The notes below the pieces were generated by a model, which was not told where the DNA came from, did not search any database, and worked only from the letters and a program-made list of their open reading frames with translations. The translations under genes were made by a program, and so were the position numbers. Below are positions 61,410 through 64,000 of a DNA stretch of 64,000 nt, piece after piece; the stretch's first letter is position 1, and the number at the start of each line of letters is the position of its first letter. Origin of the DNA: Alphaproteobacteria bacterium (GTDB taxonomy: Bacteria > Pseudomonadota > Alphaproteobacteria > UBA2966); the NCBI GenBank assembly GCA_964291395.2, contig OZ219858.1:1216001-1280000 (forward strand). Direction: 5' to 3'.

Positions 61410-61952
61410 CTAATTGATCGTGGTGACCCCGCGCCGGTTCTGCGCCCACGCAGCCTCGTTGGATCCTACGACCTCCGGTCGCTCCTTGCCGTAACTGATG
61501 ACATCGACTCTCGAGTCCGAAACTCCGAGCGCGACGAGATAATCGCGAACGGCCGCCGCGCGCCGTTGACCGAGCGCCAAATTGTATTCCCGCGTCCCGC
61601 GCTCATCACAATGCCCTTCGATCGTCACCGTCACGCTCGGATATTGCTTCAGCCAGGCGGCTTGGCGATCGAGGGTGTCTCGGGCCTCGAGTTTCAAGTC
61701 GAACTTGTCGAAATCGAAGAAAACGCGATCACCGACGTTAGCCACGAGATCGGCGTGAGAACCGGGCTCGGGTCCCACCTGTTCCTCGACTTGCTGAGGT
61801 TTGCTTTCGACCTTGGCGGTTTGAGTGGGCTGAGGGGTGGATGACGTTACCGCGCCACCCGTACCGGACGCCTCACCACTTTCTTCCGGCGCGGTCGCGC
61901 AAGCGGCAACGAACAAGAGCGCAGCAATTGCCGTAAATGCCTTAAGACGCAT
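61410..61952 (-). CDS. pal: Peptidoglycan-associated lipoprotein
   Basis: Lipobox VAAC, DRVFFDFD, EGHCDERGTREYNLALGQRRA, QNRR. Confidence 0.97.
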   Translation of the reverse strand: MRLKAFTAIAALLFVAACATAPEESGEASGTGGAVTSSTPQPTQTAKVESKPQQVEEQVGPEPGSHADLVANVGDRVFFDFDKFDLKLEARDTLDRQAAWLKQYPSVTVTIEGHCDERGTREYNLALGQRRAAAVRDYLVALGVSDSRVDVISYGKERPEVVGSNEAAWAQNRRGVTTIN

Positions 61953-62123
61953 CGAAAACTCCTTCACGATGACTCCGACGCGCGGAGACCGTAGTAGACA
62001 ACAGAAGAGCACGGCATCCACACAGCAAATACGGCAGCCGCGCTTGGCCCCTCTTGAAGGGCCCGGTATTCTGTAAATCCCTGGGATTCTTACGATTCCA
62101 GCGGCGAATATAATAGCGCCCTT

Positions 62124-63482
62124 TTACCGAATCAAGGGGGGCGGAGAACTCAGCGGTGACCAAGCCGGATCGGACGCCTGCGTCGGCGTCACGATACGCC
62201 GTTCGTTGTGGCCCGTGAGATCGACCGAATAGAGCGTCGTCTCTCCGCCTGAGCCGTCGTCCCGGGTGGGCCGCTGCCGAAAGAACATCAAGACCCGGCC
62301 GTTCGGAGCCCAAGTGGGCCCTTCGTCAAGGAAGCTCTCCGTCAGCAGACGCTCGCCGCTGCCATCAGGGCGCATCACGCCGATGAAGAAACGACCTTGG
62401 GTGAACTTGGTGAACGCAATGAGATCACCACGGGGCGACCACACCGGCGTCGCGTACCGGCCGCGAGCGAAACTGATGCGGTGAACATTGCTGCCATCCA
62501 CGTTCATCACGTAGAGCTGCTGGCTTCCACCGCGGTCAGAGTTGAACGTGATTCGCGAGCCGTCGGGAGAGTAGGACGGCGACGTGTCAATTGCCGGGTG
62601 CCGCGTCAGCCGCGCTATCCGCCGGGTTCGCAAATCCATCGTGTAGATGTCGGAGTTGTCGCCTCTGATGAAGCTCATGATGACCTTGTTGCCGTCGGGT
62701 GAGAACCGAGGCGCGAAGGTCATACCCGGAAAGTCACCGAGGACTTCCTGCTGTCCGGTATCGATGTTGTAGATGAATACCCGTGGGGTGCCCTGCCGAT
62801 AGGACAGGTACGTGATCTCCTGCGAAGTCGGCGAAAACCGGGGGGTAAGGACGAGGTGGCCGCCGTCCGTCAGAAAGCGGTTGTGGGCGCCGTCTTGATC
62901 CATGATCGCGAGCCGCTTGATCCGTGCGATCTGCGGGCCGGTTTCCGCGACATACACGATCCGCGTGTCGAAGTAACCGGCTTCCCCCGTCAGCCGCTGG
63001 TAAATCGCATCGCTGATCAGGTGCGCGATACGGCGCCAATTCGGAGGGGCGGTGAAGTACGCCAGTCCGGTCATCTGTTGACCGGCGAACACGTCCCACA
63101 GTCGGAATTCGACACGAAGCCTGCCGTCCTCCAGCTCGGTCGTCGTGCCAGTCACCAGCGCCTGCGCGTTGATCGCCCGCCAATCGGGGAAACGGGGCTG
63201 CACCTTCATCGCCGCCGGTGTCTGAATGAACGCCCTGCGGTCGATGGGCCGGAAAAGGCCCGACCGCTCGAGGTTGCGGGCGACGAGATCCGCGATGTCA
63301 CGCGCCGCCCTTTGGCCGCCTTCGTTCTCTGCGTGAAATACGCTTATCGCGATGGGGAGCGGATCGACCACGCCCTGGGTGATGTCGATCCTGAGAACGG
63401 CTGACGCCGGTGCGGCCACGAGCAGGATGGCCGCCGTCAAGAACGGGGCGACCGCGCCTTTGAGGGTTGCCAACACACGCAT
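62124..63482 (-). CDS. tolB: Tol-Pal beta-propeller protein TolB
   Basis: RIDITQG, LERSGLF, GYFDTRI, repeated [21 protein letters not shown]. Confidence 0.96.
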   Translation of the reverse strand: MRVLATLKGAVAPFLTAAILLVAAPASAVLRIDITQGVVDPLPIAISVFHAENEGGQRAARDIADLVARNLERSGLFRPIDRRAFIQTPAAMKVQPRFPDWRAINAQALVTGTTTELEDGRLRVEFRLWDVFAGQQMTGLAYFTAPPNWRRIAHLISDAIYQRLTGEAGYFDTRIVYVAETGPQIARIKRLAIMDQDGAHNRFLTDGGHLVLTPRFSPTSQEITYLSYRQGTPRVFIYNIDTGQQEVLGDFPGMTFAPRFSPDGNKVIMSFIRGDNSDIYTMDLRTRRIARLTRHPAIDTSPSYSPDGSRITFNSDRGGSQQLYVMNVDGSNVHRISFARGRYATPVWSPRGDLIAFTKFTQGRFFIGVMRPDGSGERLLTESFLDEGPTWAPNGRVLMFFRQRPTRDDGSGGETTLYSVDLTGHNERRIVTPTQASDPAWSPLSSPPPLIR

Positions 63483-63487
63483 GGCGA

Positions 63488-64000
63488 CTAGCCGAGCATT
63501 TCCCTCGGGTCGAACGTGAGCTCGATCTCGCGCCAGCGATGGTACTTGGTGAACGGCATTTTGAACGGCTCGCATTTTAGAACCGCACGAATAGCACTTT
63601 CCGCCGCCGCCCGGAAAAACGGGTCGCCAGCCAGTCGCTCATCGTCGACGATCTGCGGCTCACGACGCAAGGACCCGTCCGGATTGAGGAATACACGAAT
63701 CGTCACGACAAGATCCTCTGCGTAGCGTGCCCCGGCTTGAACGATCCAGCAGCGCTCGATCTGCGTTTTGAGAGCATCTACTTCCGACAATGTCAACGGT
63801 TGCCCTGCCAACGGCTGGGCGGTCCGGGACGTGATCTTGGGCGGCGCCCTCGGGGTTTCGGGCGTTTCCGGTGCCGACCGCTTGCGAGGTGTCTTGTCGA
63901 TCAACGCCGCGATCCGGTCGGCATCGAACTTGTACTTCTTCGATTTTACATCCTTGGGCGCTTCGGGCTTCGCCTTGGCCACCTTTCCTGCCGGCGGCTT
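63488..64000 (-). CDS. tolA: TolA C-terminal part (runs off window edge)
   Basis: Pro/Lys-rich linker, [30 protein letters not shown]; upstream of tolB. Confidence 0.85.
   Translation of the reverse strand, partial: KPPAGKVAKAKPEAPKDVKSKKYKFDADRIAALIDKTPRKRSAPETPETPRAPPKITSRTAQPLAGQPLTLSEVDALKTQIERCWIVQAGARYAEDLVVTIRVFLNPDGSLRREPQIVDDERLAGDPFFRAAAESAIRAVLKCEPFKMPFTKYHRWREIELTFDPREMLG

Overview
High-GC alphaproteobacterial chromosome segment (Rhodospirillales-like gene content and order). A conserved backbone (TPR protein, ETF-QO, UDG, Slt, moaB, glycosyltransferase pair, PA0069 radical SAM, rnhB ... mutY, DUF721, serC-serA-hisZ-purA, rpoH, rluD, ltaE, ttuC, thiD, glmM, folP, ftsH ... tilS, cpoB, pal, tolB, tolA) is interrupted by two accessory regions. 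(1) About 23 kb between a disrupted rnhB and mutY, where ccrM commonly lies in Alphaproteobacteria. It is a catabolic island with two Rieske oxygenases, two paralogous SDRs, a MocR / IlvD-like / MocD-like / PanB-like / MocE-like / TRAP cluster (candidate uncharacterised oxidative demethylation pathway), a CmcJ/NvfI oxidoreductase, a split UxaA dehydratase, TTC38, DUF1116, Fnr and an FMO, plus many deletion scars and toxin-antitoxin relics. (2) About 5.3 kb between tilS and ftsH, with a degenerate tRNA-Glu, an IS21 left end, a Tat amidohydrolase / YtkA-like / di-heme peroxidase operon, a DUF6152 / membrane protein pair, a ParD relic and a solitary type I-E-like CRISPR repeat. All calls come from motif recognition by eye; no database searches or computations were run.
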